Assembly (NCBI RefSeq): GCF_022045235.1
Contig: NW_027266273.1
Location: forward strand, 20,708,001 to 20,772,000
Source: Haliotis cracherodii
Taxonomy: Eukaryota
Reading direction: 5' to 3'
DNA length: 64,000 bases
Positions 1 through 13,472 of this stretch are shown here, piece after piece (position 1 is the first letter of the stretch; each line of letters opens with the position of its first letter). A model generated the notes under the pieces. The model saw nothing but the letters and a program-made list of their open reading frames with translations. It had not been told where the DNA came from and did not search any database. Both the position numbers and the translations under genes were made by a program.

Positions 1-1659
1 AGGATTACACAAACCCTCTTTGCTGCATTTATTTATTCTAATCTGTACATAATGATAATAATAGGCTATTTTTTATTTCGCATATTTCCACACCGCTCAA
101 AACGCCATTATTACCCCGGCCACTGGATCACGAGTGTAGGTGCTTACACTCTTGTGTCTGGTATTCGAACCAATAATTAAATCTGGCACCTAGACAACTT
201 GTCCTGGACGCTGTCCTCCCTCACACCTTTAAGCCAACAAAGCCAGCGAAGGTTACACTCCAACAGAACTGCGTCGGCCAGCCGCTTTCGTACCGTGCAG
301 TGAACAACTGGTAGCTGTGATTGGATGATATTGAGTGAGATGAATATGTTTTTAAATGTACACCCAACCAGTAATTAAAACTGACCATGTTTTGCAATTA
401 TAATAATTAATGTTGTCATTTTAACATGATGATAACAGCTGAATGTGACCACAGATATTTTCAAGTAGATGACATTTGGTGCAGAACTAGGACTGGTGTG
501 TTTAGCTTCCTGTACTCGGAAACGGAGCTGGCTAAACTTGACACATTTTGTGATTTTACTGCTGGTGTAAAGTTAGGCTGTGCATTCATGTACATGTAAT
601 GGCTGATGAATGCCGGGTCACTTTTTTAAAAATAAACATATAACGTTACGATAGAAGTGTACTGGAAAATATTTAGTGCAGAGTAACAGAGGGTTCGATA
701 TAGTAAATATAAAACGTCAATGACAGAGAATAATCCGCCTCGTTTATCCGTCGAAACAGATTCCAGTTGGGGTAAAAAGTAAATAACGGTGACAGTTATA
801 TGAATGGATCACTGAAAATCAGTGATGACAGCAGCAGTTAAAGGGTAAGCATGTCCTGCCTTACTGGTAAAATCCGCCACACACATAAGTTGCAAGGAAC
901 GTGAGCGAAAACATGACATTGTTCGTATTGAATCTCAATATTGTCATTAATATTCTTTAATTTCTGAGTTACAGTGATTCTGAGATTAAGGAACCCCGCT
1001 CTACAATGTGATCCGCACATACGTTAAGAGCACCTGTGGTTAATACCATGGCAATCCCTAACATTAAAGGCGCTCTCCGCACCCTCACCCCGGGTAGATA
1101 TACGACCAGGGGTTATGGAGATGGGCGTGCATTACGTATGACGCAGGCGTGCTATAGTGCGACAGTGACCATTACGGCTGTGTTTGATCAGACCTTATCG
1201 CCGGCATAACCCTGTCTATCACACTGTAAGTTCATTGGGGGTGATATCGAGGCCGGTTATCTCAGTGTGGATTGGCTCCGTGTATCAGTGGAATGCTATA
1301 GCTGTCACTCATTGACGGCTCAGTGGTCAGTCCAGCTGCTGTAAAACTCTCAACCACTTGAACAATAAAATAAGTGTCAGGTAATGGGCATTTAAGTCTG
1401 TAAACCCCTGCCTGACGTCGTGGGCCGGCCTTGACCTTCATATGGAGCAGGATATGCTACCTTCTGCGTATATTTGTGCCGTTATTATATATTATCTGTA
1501 TGGTTTTCATTTTGTCTCATTTTGTTTGATCAAATTTGGACATGCTAGCACATTGTAGTGTGTCTAATGTTGAATAGTTGTTCAGTATTCGATCACTCAA
1601 GGGTGGACACAAGAACGTTACTTGGGAAAAATGAAGTGAACATGAATCGGACATGCCCT

Positions 1660-1945
1660 CCATAATACACATCCGTAGTCCTACGTCAAGAAGAGAACGT
1701 CAGACAGGAGTACCCGCGATAATACACACCCGTAGTCCTACGTCAAGAAGAGAACGTCAGACAGGAGTACCCGCGATAATACACACCCTTAGTCCTACGT
1801 CAAGCAGAGAACGTCAGACAGGAGTACCCGCGATAATACACACCCTTAGTCCTACGTCAAGAAGAGAACGTCAGACAGGAGTACCCGCGATAATACACAC
1901 CCGTAGTCCTACGTCAAGCAGAGAACGTCAGACAGCAGTGCCCGC
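1660..1945. repeat. 57-bp tandem repeat, about 5 copies
   Basis: Unit ...CGTAGTCCTACGTCAAGAAGAGAACGTCAGACAGGAGTACCCGCGATAATACACAC. Confidence 0.95.
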
Positions 1946-1959
1946 GCTATTGAACTGCT

Positions 1960-2235
1960 GTCTGAAGGCTGGAGGAACTCTGCTCTGACCTGACGTCCAG
2001 CATGGTCTCCCGGGTGCTCGATGGCGCAAGTCAGGTGTTCGGGCTAACCAAGGCATGATGTTGACACCTCATCGATGTAACGTTGTGCACTGAGATTGGC
2101 GTCGACCGCAACCAGATCCATCTTCACTCCATCACGGATCCCGCCCCACACGAAGAATCTGCCGCCGCCAAATGTGTTGATGTCCCGGAAGAACAACTTG
2201 CCGTGCGTTCTCCTCTTGCACGCGACCTCATCGTG
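1960..2235 (-). pseudogene. Decayed Tc1/mariner transposase fragment
   Basis: Minus-strand translation FGGGRFFVWGGIRDGVKMDLVAVDANLSAQRYIDEV, a stop, then PEHLTCAIEHPGD..GRQVR. This resembles the Tc1 motifs GGGSVMVWG..., GNLNAQRY and SPDLNPIEHLW, with an internal deletion. Confidence 0.75.
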
Positions 2236-3737
2236 CCATCAGCCCCTGGGGATACACAGATACACGCCATGTCACAGTATGAAGTAACCCCTGTGCCATA
2301 CATCTCAGCTGAGACAAACCATGGCATTAAACCACAACGCCATATACGCGAAGTTTTTTAGTTTGTTTGTTTTTTAGCGCCGCACTCAGCAATATTCCAG
2401 CTACATGACGGCGGTCTGTAAATAATCGAGTCTGGGCCAGACAATCCAGTGATTGACATCATTAGCATCAATACACGCAATTGGGGTACGATGGCATGCA
2501 TCAACCAAGTCAGCGAGCCTGACCACCCGATCCCGTCAGTCGCCTCTTGCAAGCATGGGTTGCTGAAGGCCTATTCTAACCCGGATCTTCACGGGCCTAC
2601 GCGAAGTGTAAGTCTATATTACAGTATGGAATTCGTAAAGCTACGATCGCTTTGAGGGCCCAGTTGCACAAACGATCCAAGAGCTAAGACAATTAGACCC
2701 ACTTACTTAAATATAGACCTAAAGTAGACTTAGAGATAGGATCGATTTGTGCAACCGGGCCCTCAAAGCGGCCGTTCTTCTATTCACCTATTGGGCCATT
2801 TGCATAAAGCTATCTAACCCCTAAAAATCGCAAGTCTATGAATACATAAGGAAGAAATAACACTGCGCTGCCAGTTCCGCGGGGAGCGACAATGATCATA
2901 TACATACTGTGTTAGTTAAACTTAAACTTCTTACAAATACAAATTACGTGATGACATGGGGTAAGAAGCGGCATAAGGAAACGATCACCTATTAGTCCAC
3001 TCGGTATAGGTGAAAGTGAACATTTTGACGACTGGACTTCCCTGATAACCTTCGACCCTCCTTGCTTGAGTCGGTTCACCAACGTATGGTGGCTTACAGT
3101 TTCAGTTTTCTTCGATTCAAAGATAAAAATGTTTTTCGATAATTCATTGGTATATTTCTAAACAGCTCGATTTTTATTGGTAAGTCAGTGGGGTTTTAAC
3201 GCCGCTTCCTCCAGGTGTTGGGCCAAGCATTCAACCTACAGTACAGTACATGTGTGGGGCTCTACACCTATACAGTTGAAGACACTTGTAAATATATACC
3301 AACAACGACGGAGAATAATCAGTCTCGATTATCTGCCGAAGCAGATTCCAGAAACAGATTAAAGCATTTTAAGCTATATTCACATGCTTTACTAACGTAA
3401 ATTGCTTCACGTAACAATAGTATTTGGCAATTGGAACAGTTTTATGCTAACTCCAACGGCCGAACGTGACAAATGAGGTGAGGTGAAATACATTACGTTA
3501 TACTGAGTCCGAGCGGACTTGTGCTTGTTTTATCCACTTAATGCCGAGCGCGCGGGCAGGGTAACAAAAAGTACCATCTTTTAACGTATTTTTTGGTATG
3601 ACGCGGTGGTTGATCGAACCACGGACGCCCTATCTGTTAAACCACAGAGGCGGTTGTGAGATGCAGAAAGGGGTCAATATAACATAATGCATGTGTGTAA
3701 CTTGTCATGACTGTCGGTGTTCATATCCTTGTGGTCA

Positions 3738-4174
3738 GGTAGCCTAGTCGGTAGCCTAGTGGTTGAAGCGTTCGCTCGTCACGCTGAGGACCCGGGTTCG
3801 ATTCCCGACTGGGTACAATGTGTGAAGCCCATTTCTGGTGTTCCCCGCAGTTATATCGCAGGAATATTGCTAAAAGCGGCGTAAAACCAAACTCACTCAC
3901 TCACTCCTTGTGGTCACATGGTCTCTTGTGGCAGTCAAATTAGCTACGTTACTGCCACATTACTCGATCTCTCCTATTTTAAATTATCCCAGAATGTCTC
4001 TCGCACATTATCCAGGAGCGGTGGGATAGCCTAGTGGTATATGCGTTCTCTCGCCACGCTCGATCCGGGTTCGATTCCCAAAATGGTTTCAATGTGTGAA
4101 GCCCATTTCTGGTGTTCCCTGTCGTGATAATGCTTATATATTGCTGAAAGATTCGTAAAACCATACTCACTCAC
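3738..4174 (+). mobile_element. Two adjacent SINE family A copies
   Basis: TSDs TCCTTGTGGTCA (3726/3905) and TCGCACATTATC (4001/4175). Confidence 0.88.
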
Positions 4175-7100
4175 TCGCACATTATCAATATTTTATTGGA
4201 TAGCTTTCGAACCTTGAATACACGGAGAGTAGCAGACCCTTAAGCCATCAACATGATTCGACCTCATGGTGCCAATTTAACTTCCCTGTGCAGTTTCAGG
4301 CGTAATTAACATATCATGGTAATCCACATGACAATTAAAGGATATTCGCCGACGATCATTTTGAACAGGCAATGTTTTGGATATTTACGGTATTTGTTCT
4401 TACATATCTCAGTGGGTCGATGTTGTTTTTCATCGTATGTATTAAAGTGTCAACTATATGTGGTATCCCTGAGTATATAAAGACTCTATCTTTCTATTGA
4501 AAATCTACGACGGCTTAACCTAATCAGACCTTAACATTTCATTACAGCTTAGAACATTATCGAAAACCGGCTCGTCAATAGTTCATGGCTGCCGGAGTTG
4601 ACAGTTTGCCAGCGTCGGCGTTACCCTTCTTACGATCATATTGAATTAACGCTGATAAAGTACACCGATACAAGTTTTAGATTCTGCAAATAATTTATGA
4701 TGTTAATTTATTTCCGTGTACAGCAGCAGGGGACACGACACATTTGCATTTTATGAATGAAAGTTCCCTTGTTTTGTATTAATGCATTAGGTAGGGTATT
4801 TAATGCCTCTTTAAACAGTTGTTGACAGACAGATCTATGATACCAACATATCTCATTTTAAAGTAACATTTCATAATTTAAATTTGTAAATATGTATACA
4901 CAAGAGCAATGCAAGAACAATATACCCTTGTATAAAATAACGATATGAGATACAGGTGGTTTCAAGATAAATGTTCAGTTATACATTACCTATGAATCTA
5001 ACAACAGAAGCATGAAATATATGGGGGGTGTCTACAACACGCTACATTTGTTTTGTTTTTAAAAAAAAAAGAGAAGGGGGGGGGGGGGGGGGGGGGGAGA
5101 GGGGGGTATTGTCTACAGCATGTTACATTTGGTTTTCAAAACGGGGGGAGGGTCCGGACCCCTCTGGACCCCGGACCCACACTCTGAATCCTCCTATGTT
5201 ATCAATGGATGGTAATAACATAAGACAATATCACATTGATATTACCCAGGCGTCTTGGGCGCCACATTTCTGCACGGGTCAGCAAACACCAGACAGGTGT
5301 ATAAATAGGTCATATATGCACCTGTTCAGCTCTCTGTCATGCCGTGAAAACATCCAAGATAAAGATAATATAGATAGATAGAGGAAATACACATCTAGAT
5401 GATATCACTACTGGCTCATCCAGAACGCCTTTAGCCTTGTCCCAGACACGCTAGCTGTATCACATACCACGTGGTATAAAACACCGGTTGATATATGGCC
5501 AGTTCCCTCTAAGTGTGTATTACTTCATATCTCTGTGTTTATGATCACACAGTGTCATAGTCTGGGATAGTGTGTTCAAGGTTTCAATTGAAATTCAGGT
5601 AGATAATGATGCGAGTTTTATGCCTTGATGACAATCTGATCTTAAAGGTGTTAAGGGCCACACAGACTTAGAGAGACTTAGTACTAGACTTTGTTCAAGA
5701 GTTAACACCCAAATAATTACCTGAAACTGTCTGCTGCAATTTTTATTATGTGCTGTTTTCTTGTTCTCTTCTGTTTCAGTATAAGCTTCTCGCCCCGGGG
5801 CTTCTTAAATCAGAAACGCCGCCCCAAAACGATTTACATTTTTTTAAAATAATCGAAAAAATTACAAAACACTAATCCAGACGTATTTGACATGAATCAA
5901 ATGAACGAGGTATTACATACATTAAAAATGAATAATGTGACAAACGTGGCTGATCCTGTGTGAAAGCATTTAACACCATTCGACACTCACCATTAACATA
6001 TTTACAAAACTGAGCATAGTCAAGACGCACCCCATCATCCGACTCTCTATCACAGACTATAAATCATCCGGGGGAGCCTAATGTTCCGTTCTGGCACTAA
6101 TCACATCGCAATATCAGAATTTAAAGGGGACACGGTGACACGTAAACTTGCTCTCCTACAAGGGGATTTACACGATGGTATCTGTGTGTGCATATAAGGC
6201 GTATAAACAGAAAGAAATATAGTTTAAAAGCTCTTCCAAGATCGTGTACCAAGAAGTCTTTAGATAAAGTTACATGTGCTGGTCCCCCAGTGATTAAAAG
6301 GCTTTGACGTGTACACCGTGTCTTTACTTCTCTGTAAGTCGTATATATGGTCACGGAGTAATACCGTGTCTTCACATTGTCAGGTTTGACGTGCCTCAGT
6401 TTGAATGTAATGTGTTGCACACCAGTTCATGATAAATAATGAAAGGTTAAACCACCCAGGAACTTCAGTCTCGAGCATTAAATCATTACTCTTATCTTTC
6501 TAAGCCGCCCTATCACTGTTGTAAGCCCACAACCTCGAAAACAGTTATATGCCTGTAAAAATGACATGTTACACTTTAGAGAGATGTGTAAAGTGGTTCT
6601 TTTAAATAACACCAGACTTGTTAAAATGGTATGTGTCGCTCAATGGGGACGGTGTACCCCTCTGTTATGTGGTTTGACTATTTCTATGGCGACGAAAAAC
6701 CCAACTCACTTACTCACTCATTCTTTGTAGACGTAACTGCTGTGAAAATTAATTGCAAGCATTCATTTTTTTAATTAAAAAATAATAAAGAATAGCGTTG
6801 GTGGTTATGTCTAGACCATGGCTGAAGTGAGTGAGTGAGTGAGTATAGTTTTACGCCGCTTTCAGCAATATTCCAGCAATATCACGTTGGGAACACCAGA
6901 AATGGTCACCAAAAAACAACAAACACAATAGTTCACACTTTTTGGTAAATTTGTTATAGCTCATTCCAGAATCTCGAAATTCACGATCAGATATTCACCA
7001 CATAATAAATATGTTATTTTTCTGATTTCACCCACCAACATAATAAACAAATGCAATGCGCCTAACCCACACAATGATGCCTTCTAAAAGCGCTACATTA

Positions 7101-7942
7101 TCATAACCCCGGTCAATAGATCAGTGTGCACGCGATTTCATCCACAGCTCCCTGGGCAGTATACAACGCATATTTACAGCAAACGTTTATGATCATTTCA
7201 TAACATCCGCTGATATGATTTTCTATTGATGAACGCAAGACTTGTGTCGATAGATTATAAGGTCTATTGCTATCAGATAATAGACCTACCCATCCCAAAT
7301 GAGAGATACGTTATATCCATAAACTAGATGTGTATTCCACTGAACTTTGTCTATGAACATAATACTACTCTGCACAATGTCTTATTATGTTGGTAGGAGA
7401 AGCCACTTGAACATTGTCTTCTGATGAAAGCCCTGGCTGCTCTACCAATTGATCTCGCAACAGATTCAGTGTTAATTGAAAGCTGTTTATCGAGAGTGCT
7501 GTAAACATGTATTGTACGAGTCACATGCTTCAGCCATTGAACATAGCGGTTGATTAACTCGCCCCCTGTACCGGGTACCATGTGGGACGATCACAGTCTC
7601 CGTGGGGTAAGGGACATCTTTGAGGGGGTCAGGCAAATCCTTTGTCCTAGAAACTGTAGCACTGAGAGAAATGTAAGGTAGGAAAAAGTTGCTGTCCTTA
7701 TGAGTGTCTCTAGGCCAGAAGAGCGTGGCAGTAACATTTGACGAGGGTCACGCGAGGGGATATGGCCCATATACTCCACATACTGTGTCACGGGAGATGC
7801 GGGAATCTAGCATGGCGGCTTTCTCCACGTTTAAGGGCCAGTATACCTTCTTCACGTTAGGCTCACTGACCTGAAGAATGTGACCCACAATGCTGTATAT
7901 AGATCACGTGGTCAATGGTAACGCTGTCCCCCGGAGTGATAT

Positions 7943-8090
7943 NNNNNNNNNNNNNNNNNNNNNNNNNNNNNNNNNNNNNNNNNNNNNNNNNNNNNNNNNN
8001 NNNNNNNNNNNNNNNNNNNNNNNNNNNNNNNNNNNNNNNNNNNNNNNNNNNNNNNNNNNNNNNNNNNNNNNNNNNNNNNNNNNNNNNNNN
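7943..8090. other. Assembly gap (others at 53507-53646 and 54290-54422)
   Basis: N runs. Confidence 1.
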
Positions 8091-8612
8091 AAGAACACGT
8101 AACCTTTTAGTTTTCGAACCCGTAGATATTCCGGGTAAGCACAGGGCGTTGGTGTAGCCTAATGGTTAAAGTGTTCGTTCATCACGCCGAAAGACCAGGT
8201 TCCATTCCCCACATAGTTACAATGTTTGAAGCCCATTTCCGGTGTCCCCGGAATATTGCTGGAATATTGATAAAAGTGGCATAAAACTAAATTCACCCAC
8301 TCACTTATTCTTGGTTCAGTACATACATTTCTAACAGCCCATGCTTGTCGAGAGAGGCGACTAAATCGGTTGGTCAGACTCGGGGACTTTCATGTCCTCG
8401 CAACCCAAAATCGTGGATGGTCGCTCGCGATGTCAATAACTGGATTGCCTGGTCCAGACTCGATTATCTTACAGAACGCCGTCATATAGATGTAATATTG
8501 CTGAGTGCGACATTAAGCAAAACTCTAAAGAAAACCTCTGAATCAGAAGTTAAGATTTGTTGTGTCATGTTTGGCCTCTCCGTTCCAAACCCTCATATAT
8601 TTAAACTGAATA

Positions 8613-8836
8613 TACACTGCCGGAAAAAATAAAGTATACTCCCATGCTTTATGGTGGCTGAAAATGAAGCAAACAGATACAGTTATTCGGTGGTGATGTA
8701 TCTGATACAGGTATCAGTTACACTTGGAGTGTTTCGGCGACTGTTTTCAGCATCAAAGTAACGTTTTGATATCGTTTGTAATTGTTTTGGTCAAATCCAG
8801 TTTTCAAGTGCATAGTTTCTTTTGCCCGGCAGTGTA
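8613..8836. mobile_element. Tc1/mariner-type MITE
   Basis: TA-CACTGCCGG...CCGGCAGTG-TA termini. Confidence 0.7.
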
Positions 8837-11830
8837 CATGTTTCTTAGTCCCAAATGCGTGGATCGATGCTTGTGATGTCAGTCACTAGATTGTCTGGTC
8901 CAGACATGGTTATTTACAGACCGCTGTCATATAGCTGGAATATTGTTGAGTGCGGCTTTAAACAACAAACAAACAAACAAACGAAACATGTTTCTTTGTT
9001 GCATTTGGTAGAAGGAATCCCGATTTCCCCGTTGTAACATATGGCCCCTAAAAACACCTGTACAAGGATTAAGATTGGCATTGCCATTTTACATTTCACA
9101 GTCACGTCCAACAACACATATAAATTTATATCATGATTATCTTCAGATTTATTTTCAGAACATTTGATCTGTGTACAAGCAGGGGTGGCCCAATCGCCTC
9201 CACTATTCACTGTACAGAGTTGCGTCCATTAGGCGCACCAGGATCCTGTGATCATGCTTAGAATCCCAACTTCGCCCTTATTATGATCCTTGGGTTGCTA
9301 GCACCATATCAGTGCGCAATGTTGTATACTAAGGCCTATATACCACTTCGGGCTCTCATCTCACATTAAGCCGACACGCCGTGAAATATCTGGAACACTC
9401 TTTAAAGTGACGCTATACCCAACTAAGTCACTCACAGGATATAGTAGATGCCCGCAGACCATCAGTAGTTCATTGCAACAACCTGTGTTGCGTCCTTCCT
9501 AGATGTCACCTGATATTGGTCCACGTACACCTAAAGCTGTAGAGTTAAAGATGGACCAGGCCGGTGCAAATTGGCAAGTCAAGCACGTGTGGGCGATGTT
9601 GATCTACTTATTTAAATATTAAGTTCCTTTGAGAGGCATTTCGAAGCTGGAGTACTAAGTAAGGATAAAAAATAAGGATGAACAACTTCTTTATTGCAAT
9701 TAGGAGCTGTGGGTACGAGGAGTTGGTTGTCTCTGCATCGCGTCAGGAACGTAACGTTGTTGGATGAGTGGATGTACTTGTTCTCAAGGTTGTTCAGTCG
9801 GTTGATGGTTGCGATTGCCACGTCTCCATGAAGACGACGAATAACTTCTTTGAGAGTGAGTGAGTATGGTTTCACGCCGCTTTTAGCAATATTCCAGCAA
9901 TATCACGGCAGGGGACACCATAAATGGGCTTGGATTGCGTGGATCGATGCTCATGATATTAATCACTGGATTGTCTGGTCCAGACTCCAGACCATTATTT
10001 ACAGACCGCCGTCATATAGCTGGAATATTGCCGAGTGCAGCGTAAAACAACAAACCAACCAACCAACCACTGGATAAAGAAGATTCATTTTAGGTACGAT
10101 TCTTTCGAATTTTCTCTGTTAACATAGCATCTGAAAATGAAGTGACGCGTTAACTATGTATGGGGCTATGTATGTCCTCCTACAGTAGGCAGCCCTATCT
10201 TCACCACCTTTGTGTGTTGTAATTGGTAAATTGCGCATCACACACGCCCGATCATACAGGCTGTTGAGTTGTGTTCGGGAGATAACGTTGCACGGTTGGA
10301 ACTCACACTCGGCTCGCCTTACTCGCAAAAGTCACCTCGGAGAGCATTGGTAGGCATCCATATAGAAACCAGGCACGGCCCCGATGTAAATGTTGAATTC
10401 AGACTCCGAGTCCTTGTTTAACCCCTTAATTCCGGGTGCCAGGCAGGGCAACAACAAGTACCATCGTATTGCTTCTTGTTATGACGCGGCCGAGGATCGA
10501 ACCACCGACATTCCGCTCTCCATGCATACGCTCTACCAACTAGACCACGGAGGTGGTATTTCTGTCTAACATACCATAACACCTATTCGAAATTCGGCCA
10601 CACGAAATAAGAACTATTTCCGCCGAAACAAGGTGTTAATACGATTTCAGTGACAGTATGTAATGTCACTTCACCGGTATTGCCCGAAGTATTGTGTGGG
10701 TAGCGGAATAAGCCGAGGTCATCCGAGTGGATCCGAGTGGCGTCCTCACCAGTACGAGGCAATTTCATGGCTTAGAATTTATTTAAAAACATCGACAGTG
10801 CTTCATTGTATGAAATTTAATGAGGAAATTTCCCGGGGCACCGTGTCACAACTTTCTGTGCGGTGTCAAGTTACACGGAGACAAGATAGTGACCCACATT
10901 ACACAACACAGCATTGACTCGTGGGGCCGCGGTTGGGGTCAGTATCAAAACCTTCATTGTTTTTTTATTAAACAAGATGTGTAATAAGGGAGAGGTGTCC
11001 ATTATCCATGTTATGTAAATAATATCACAGTCCTACGTAAACCGACTATAGATTGTAACGTCAATGTGTCCCAGAAAAGGAACACATTACGTCTTTACAA
11101 TCTAACCAAAAGCGCATTCGGGGTAGGACTATAAAACGTATGGGACGACCCCGTTGTATTGTCATCTTTCACACGTTCTACTGGCCACGAAATTACCTTG
11201 AAAAAAAGACAGTGTTTATTTATTGTTATTACAACTCCCCATGACTGCTGGCCCCGTAATGCAAATGTACAATCCATTCATAAAAATTGCTGAAGGCGTC
11301 ACGTGATAATGTCGACACCTTTCCCTTTTGAAAAGCGTTGACCCCAGAGATCCCCCGCCCGTATACTTATAAATATACATATGTTTTGCTGTGCTAGTTA
11401 AAATATGTATTACTCTCGGTGCGGGCTGAATGAAGCTGTGCACTGGGGGTCGTTGGTTAGACTTTCTCACGACTTCAGCCTCGGGGGAGGCAATCACGCA
11501 CAACGGTAACACACATTTAATAAGTCTGACAGAACGGTGCCTACAGTCATCATGTCATTAAATCGTTTGATAGTTTCTATACGAGCTACTTAGTCGGATT
11601 GATTGCAAAGTGTGGACAGACCTTGTATGCCAGTGTTACGTTGAAGAAGTGGAAAAATAAAAAGAAAGTGGAACGGCAGCACTGCCATACGTACGCTATT
11701 AACAGAACTTTATTAATAAAAAATGGTGTCGTTATTTTATTACTTGTACACCGGACATATGTAATTGTGTTTGAGGGCAGAATACCAGACAATACCCTAC
11801 ACTCGGTATGTAGACACTGAACATGTCCAG

Positions 11831-12047
11831 GGCCCCGTTCCACAAAGCAATCTCAGCGCTAAGGTGATCGTAACTCCCATACTTTTACACTGGCTTATGA
11901 CAGTTGTAGCGCTAAGATCGCTTTGTGGAACGATGCCTAGGGCCCACTTGCACAAAACGATCTTAGCGCTAAGACTATTGTAAGCCAATGTTAAAGAATG
12001 GGCGTTACGATCATCTTAGCGCTAAGATCGTTTTGTGCAAGTGGGCC
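11831..12047. mobile_element. Two abutting 107-bp MITEs in inverted orientation (PIF/Harbinger-like)
   Basis: TIRs GGCCC(A/C)(C/G)TT(G/C)CACAAA, 3-bp flanks CAG/TAG/CAG. Relatives at 2656-2762 and about 54423-54460. Confidence 0.75.
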
Positions 12048-13402
12048 CAGAACTTGAATTGAAGTACATTCCCTTACAATTATGACAGACCAGTAACTCA
12101 ATTGTCGCCATGAATAACACGGTTTGGGTATTCGTTCTTCAACCACGAAAAACTTGATTACATGCTCACACAATTAGCAAATGACTACGGGAGTAGAATG
12201 GAAAGTGTGAAAGAACATTTTCTAAATCTTCATAATTATTTGATGTGCACATGGGCCTAATATGGACGTTCTGGTACAGAAAAACTGACCCTTGAAAATC
12301 CGGTGTAGACAGGTCTTCAGCAACCCATGCTTGCCATAAAAGGCGACTATGTTGAAAGAGGCGACTAACGGGATCGGGTGGTCAGGCTTGCTGACTTGGT
12401 TGATGCATGACATCGTATCCCAATTGCGTGGATCGGTGCTAATAATGTCAATCACTGGATTATCTGGGCCAGACTTGATTTTTTTACAGACCACCGTCAT
12501 ATAGCTGGAATAGTGCTGAGTGCGGCGTTAAACAACAAACAAACAGAAAAAAACTGGAAAAAATGCTACTGGATGGTAATGCTTTCATTGACGATAAACT
12601 TCATTTACTTGCAATTCCATTTGAATTAAATCGATATTAACTGGTAAATATTTCAGTATCAGCTGTAGTGGGAATGATTATTGTTTATTTCTCCGGGGAG
12701 TGAAGCTGTGTTGGCGGCGAGTGATCCTTGTGAAGCGCCGTAAAATCTCATCCTTCAAACACGTTATTCTCACACTCGCGCGCAGACGCCCGGCAGTACC
12801 TGCTAATTTTATATTCGGCTTTATCTTTCATACTCATTACCAACAGATATCAACTTTGATAAGAGGTTATCTTTCCTCGACAAACAGCCATTATGTTAGC
12901 GTAAAAAGTAGCTATGCATCGTATATACGATATGAATGCCCAAGGCGCTATAGCTGAACACCTTCACCACGGAGTTGGACTCTAATCACTACTGTCACCG
13001 CTGTATATGCAGTAGGTTTATCGTGTTTGCATAAACATTTGCGAATGATTAAAGTTGTTGTTTGTTTCTTTAAGTGTCATTATTGATAAAAATTAAAAAT
13101 GAGCTATTTCAGTTATTAATATTCATTTTAAATATTCGGTTTCAAATCAAAAAGAGCGATTTCGAATCTACAGTGAGACTATCTCAAATTTATTTATCTC
13201 CTAATTGGCCCAACTCGATCACATTAATCAATCACATACGTAGTACTTGCCCGTGTCGATGGGCCTATTAGTAGCAAACATAGCTCTGATTAAGAAAAGA
13301 GTAACATAAAATTATCACAAATGTCCCCGTTAAATAACGGCTTAACTATCAGTCTTAACCGTTAGTAAATATATCATTATAATTCCACATCATTTCTTCA
13401 AT

Positions 13403-13472
13403 GTCGCCGTGGCAGAAGACTACATTCGTTCGCCTTCCCTGCGGACTTTGCGGGTTCGAATCCCGCTGGCGA
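13403..13472 (+). pseudogene. tRNA-like fragment (degenerate tRNA-Ser/Leu or SINE head)
   Basis: Acceptor-like TCGCC/GGCGA and T-arm GCGGG-TTCGAAT-CCCGC, but no intact D or anticodon arm. Confidence 0.35.
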
